Part shown: positions 60,970-64,000 of the stretch, piece after piece | How the letters are laid out: each line of letters starts with the position of its first letter | Position numbering within the stretch: the stretch's first letter is position 1 | Assembly: GCA_036276755.1 (NCBI GenBank) | Contig: DASUOG010000010.1 | Span: forward strand, 155-64,154 | Length of the DNA stretch: 64,000 bases | Source: Candidatus Saccharimonadales bacterium | GTDB lineage: Bacteria > Patescibacteriota > Saccharimonadia > Saccharimonadales > 2-12-FULL-41-12 | Direction of reading: 5' to 3' | Notes under the pieces: model-generated | Databases searched by the model: none | What the model was told of the DNA's origin: nothing | What the model saw: the letters and a program-made list of their open reading frames with translations, nothing else | Made by a program: the position numbers and the translations under genes

Positions 60970-62505
60970 TTATTGCCTCGAGAGTGAATGATTCTTTATC
61001 CAGCCGTGAGCGCTGCGGGTTATGCCATTATTATCGCCGGACTTATCCTTATCTGCAAGTTGGTCATAAGGCACGACGGTAAAACCGAATATCGTACCTT
61101 CCCCTTCCTTAGATCTTACCCAGATATTTCCGCCGTGGGCCGCGATCAGTGCCTTGGAGAGGTACAAACCCAGGCCGGTACCGGTAATATTCGCCTTATT
61201 ACGGTAATTGCGCGAATACTTTTCAAACAAATGAGGCATGACTGATTCGGGTATACCGACACCGAAATCCTGCACGGTTGTCTCGACCAAATTATCCTTG
61301 GTCAGTATTACATTTATCTTAATCTGGGTCTTATCGTGCGGACTGTATTTAATCGCATTATCTATAAGATTAATAAGCACTTCGGCGATGCTGACTTTGT
61401 CTATGCCCACCTTGGGCAAGCCGTCGGGCACATTCAATTCTATGGCCTTGCCATGCACTTTCGCCCGCAACTGCATGTTGCTGATGACGCTGGAGATAGT
61501 TTCTTTCCAGTCTTCCTCTCGCAACTTCAGGCTTAGCTGATCCTGTTCTACGCGAGCGACATTTAGGATGTTGCCTACGAAAGCCGTAAGGTTTTCGGCG
61601 GCCACCTGCATTTTTTGTACGAAATCCTGCATCTCCGGATTGAGATCACGGCTCAGCTCATCATCAAGCACCTCGATATATCCTTTTAAGATAGTCAGAG
61701 GGGCGCGGAGTTCGTGCACGGCCAAGGCTATGAAGCTGAGTTCCTTGTCTTCTTCGCCATAGGTTTCGGTCTGGTCGAATAATGTCATTATTACTTCCGT
61801 GGAGTTCTGGCCGGACTGCTTGACATAGCTGGCCGCCAGATCGCAATACTGCGTTTCTTCTTCATAAGAAGTCATCCGTACGCCCCGCCAGATCTTTTGC
61901 GCCGTCACGCTTTTTTCCCGGCACTGCTCGATCCAATCCTCCAGTGTCGGCTCATCATCATGGAACAATATGTCAAAGTTGTTGTATAAGTTCTTGCCTA
62001 CCAGACTGTCGGCGGTTTTAGCATATTCCTGGGTTTTCGGATTGGCGAACACTATATTGGCTTCATGATCGATGCCGATTATCGGTACCGGCAATTGCTG
62101 CAGCACCATATTTAGCGGATTCTCGGTTTGCAGACTCGCATCGTGCGAACTTGAAGCGAATTCATAAACTTGTCTGGTGAGATTGGCTACCAATTCCTTG
62201 GCCAGCGTCAATCTTTCTACTTGCGGAGCGGCAATCGGCAGCGGTGACGGCGATACATGCATAATGGCCTGGGACAAGGCCGTCAAAGGCTTGGTTACCT
62301 GGCTGGCCAAAATCAACCCGGCGACTATTGCCGTAACCAGCCAAATACCGACCAAGATTACCAGGACCATCAGTGTTTCGAAGTCGAAATAAGTCTCAAC
62401 CAGCCACCACGCGCCGATGATGATCAATCCGGTCGTAAACAGCCAGGTAACCAAATAAAATTTTATCGACTTTTGTGCTTTTTCAAGATAACCGGGTCCA
62501 CCCAT
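60970..62505 (-). CDS. sensor histidine kinase (2 TM, PAS-like, HisKA, HATPase)
   Basis: H-box FIALAVHELRAPLTILKGYIE, N-box NLIDNAIKYS, DFGVGIP and GTGLGLYLSK. Confidence 0.88.
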   Translation of the reverse strand: MGGPGYLEKAQKSIKFYLVTWLFTTGLIIIGAWWLVETYFDFETLMVLVILVGIWLVTAIVAGLILASQVTKPLTALSQAIMHVSPSPLPIAAPQVERLTLAKELVANLTRQVYEFASSSHDASLQTENPLNMVLQQLPVPIIGIDHEANIVFANPKTQEYAKTADSLVGKNLYNNFDILFHDDEPTLEDWIEQCREKSVTAQKIWRGVRMTSYEEETQYCDLAASYVKQSGQNSTEVIMTLFDQTETYGEEDKELSFIALAVHELRAPLTILKGYIEVLDDELSRDLNPEMQDFVQKMQVAAENLTAFVGNILNVARVEQDQLSLKLREEDWKETISSVISNMQLRAKVHGKAIELNVPDGLPKVGIDKVSIAEVLINLIDNAIKYSPHDKTQIKINVILTKDNLVETTVQDFGVGIPESVMPHLFEKYSRNYRNKANITGTGLGLYLSKALIAAHGGNIWVRSKEGEGTIFGFTVVPYDQLADKDKSGDNNGITRSAHGWIKNHSLSRQ

Positions 62506-62516
62506 TGCTTTTTCGT

Positions 62517-63767
62517 CTAACGCTTATACTTTACTTCGCTTGCCTTTGCGACCAGCGTTACCCATGTCTGCCCGGCGTTTAAAGCCAGCTCTTTGCCTTT
62601 GGAGTCATAGAATTTGAACTGAGCGCGCGGGCCGTCTTTTTTCCAGATTCCCTGGTGCACTTTGCCATCCTGGAAGACGAACATTTTGCCCTTCCCGCTG
62701 GTGTAATAAACCGAATAAATTCCACTCTTGGCATAGTCCATGGCCAAGGCCACCACTACTTTGGGTGACAACTGTTTATGGGTCAATGCATCGATGTGCG
62801 GCTGTCCGGCCTGTTTGCGCTTATAAGAATTGGACTTTTTATCATAGTCGAAATGCGGGTCATAGAGAAAATCCGAAATCAAGAAATCTATCTTGGTCGC
62901 CGCCGGCTTCTTAGCCGGAGCTTCTTCTTTGCGCGGCCAGCTGTCGATCTTGCGGAGCTTGTTGAATTTCTTGGCTTTGCTGGCCCTAAGCAAGGCGTCC
63001 ATGGAAGTATAAAGATTATGCGGCGCGTAGCGCTTGTTTACCCGGTGAAAGGCGTCAGTCTTGGTGTAATCCAGATCCTTGACGTGCAGTTTGCCGAGCT
63101 TGGTCAATCCTTTGACGCTACCGCCGGCATGGGCGATCGCCGCATCGAACGGCAGGAACAGGTCTATATAATACGGACGGATTGAACGCACCGGGCCGAT
63201 CTCTTTCGGCCGGCCTTCCAGATAAAGCGCATTGAAACGGGTTATCCCGCCTTCGGCTATCGCTTCAAACACTATACCGGCATGCCTTAGTCCGGATTGC
63301 GGCCGGGCGTCAGGGCTGTTTTCTATCATGACTGCCGTTATCGGGCGTTTGTTAACTTCTATCGGTATCTCAACGCCACTCAGACGGGACGGTTCGGTAG
63401 TTTTCTTCTCTTCGATTTTCTGGACTACCGGCGCCGCCGGTGCAGGGCTTTTGCTAAACAGATTCTTAAGTGCGTATACACCGCCGATACCGCCCACCAA
63501 AAGCACGGCTATGATCAAGCTGCCGGCGATCTTCTGGTTCTTGGTACTGGGCCAAAGATCCAGGCCCCGGCTTAGGAATTTGTGTGCCTTTTTTTTGAGC
63601 CTGTTGGCTTTTTTACCGGCTTTGCCGGTAGCTATGCCGCCGATGTCGTTAACAACCAAAGAATCGACCTGTCCGGGCGGGTTTGTCCCGCTCTTTAGAT
63701 TTATCGTGTCTGATCCCGGGTTGTTTTTATTTTGGTCCTCCGGCTGAGGACTTATATCATCAACCAT
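62517..63767 (-). CDS. DUF3048 domain-containing membrane-anchored protein (YerB-like)
   Basis: 416 aa. Disordered N-terminus and a TM helix, then ..RPITAVMIENSPDARPQSGLRHAGIVFEAIAEGGITRFNALY... Confidence 0.8.
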   Translation of the reverse strand: MVDDISPQPEDQNKNNPGSDTINLKSGTNPPGQVDSLVVNDIGGIATGKAGKKANRLKKKAHKFLSRGLDLWPSTKNQKIAGSLIIAVLLVGGIGGVYALKNLFSKSPAPAAPVVQKIEEKKTTEPSRLSGVEIPIEVNKRPITAVMIENSPDARPQSGLRHAGIVFEAIAEGGITRFNALYLEGRPKEIGPVRSIRPYYIDLFLPFDAAIAHAGGSVKGLTKLGKLHVKDLDYTKTDAFHRVNKRYAPHNLYTSMDALLRASKAKKFNKLRKIDSWPRKEEAPAKKPAATKIDFLISDFLYDPHFDYDKKSNSYKRKQAGQPHIDALTHKQLSPKVVVALAMDYAKSGIYSVYYTSGKGKMFVFQDGKVHQGIWKKDGPRAQFKFYDSKGKELALNAGQTWVTLVAKASEVKYKR

Positions 63768-63807
63768 GACAAGACTATACCATATTTTGACTATTTAGTG
63801 TATCTGT

Positions 63808-64000
63808 TCATCCCTTGAGAGCCGCTATCCGCGCGTTGATCCTACGAAGGCAGGTTTTTTGGCCTAACACCTCCATGGTTTCAGCTAACCCCGGGCTTGA
63901 GCTGGCCTGGGTGGTTGCGATTCGGATCAGGCTGAACAGCACCACGGGTTTTTGCCCGGTTTGTTCCAAAAGCTTGTTCAGTCTTTGCGCAAGGTCTTCT
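63808..64000 (-). CDS. gltX: probable glutamate--tRNA ligase, C-terminal fragment (continues beyond window)
   Basis: The minus-strand frame reads ..EDLAQRLNKLLEQTGQKPVVLFSLIRIATTQASSSPGLAETMEVLGQKTCLRRINARIAALKG*, resembling the GluRS C-terminal helical domain. Assignment is from memory only. Confidence 0.4.
   Translation of the reverse strand, partial: EDLAQRLNKLLEQTGQKPVVLFSLIRIATTQASSSPGLAETMEVLGQKTCLRRINARIAALKG

Overview
The window is a gene-dense bacterial chromosome segment with short genes, many stop/start overlaps and a reduced gene set. By inference only, this suggests a Patescibacteria/CPR (Saccharibacteria-like) genome. I did no database search; all calls come from reading the sequence and ORF translations.

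Confident housekeeping content:
- xseA-xseB, recO, glyQS, def, pyrB.
- A reduced dcw cluster: mraZ-rsmH-ftsL-ftsI-mraY-ftsW-murG-ftsQ.
- topA, dprA, pth, der, a pseudouridine synthase, tRNA-Glu(CUC).
- A lipid head-group cluster, transaldolase and transketolase, a Y-family polymerase.
- Two canonical two-component pairs.

Main observations worth a second look:
1. A pair of related insertions sits exactly on the start codons of def and a GH1 glycosidase. One is a short 45-codon form and one carries a GIY-YIG nuclease ORF. Both are bounded by 20-nt complementary arms and a duplicated ATGAA, and both are threaded into host translation by stop/start overlaps. I think this is a start-codon-targeting mobile element that I cannot assign to a known family.
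2. A histidine-kinase/receiver pair in which both phospho-acceptor residues are replaced (His to Arg, Asp to Glu).
3. A roughly 400-nt highly structured transcription unit with a consensus promoter and a strong terminator. It does not show tmRNA, RNase P or SRP signatures.
4. A CarS-like (archaeal-type CDP-alcohol-forming) enzyme clustered with two CDP-alcohol phosphatidyltransferases and a DAG-kinase-like lipid kinase. Next to it, the tRNA-Glu 3' end is duplicated 130 bp downstream (an att-like scar).
5. Several repeated regulatory sequences:
- A 12-nt promoter motif present three times.
- A 30-nt palindromic terminator present three times, once inside a CDS.
- CAAAAATAAAAA in front of dcw cistrons.
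- Phased GTGGG boxes upstream of mraZ.
- Pervasive TGnTAnnnT extended -10 elements 6-9 nt before start codons, implying leaderless mRNAs.

Many long antisense ORFs in the track are GC-rich shadow frames and were not called.
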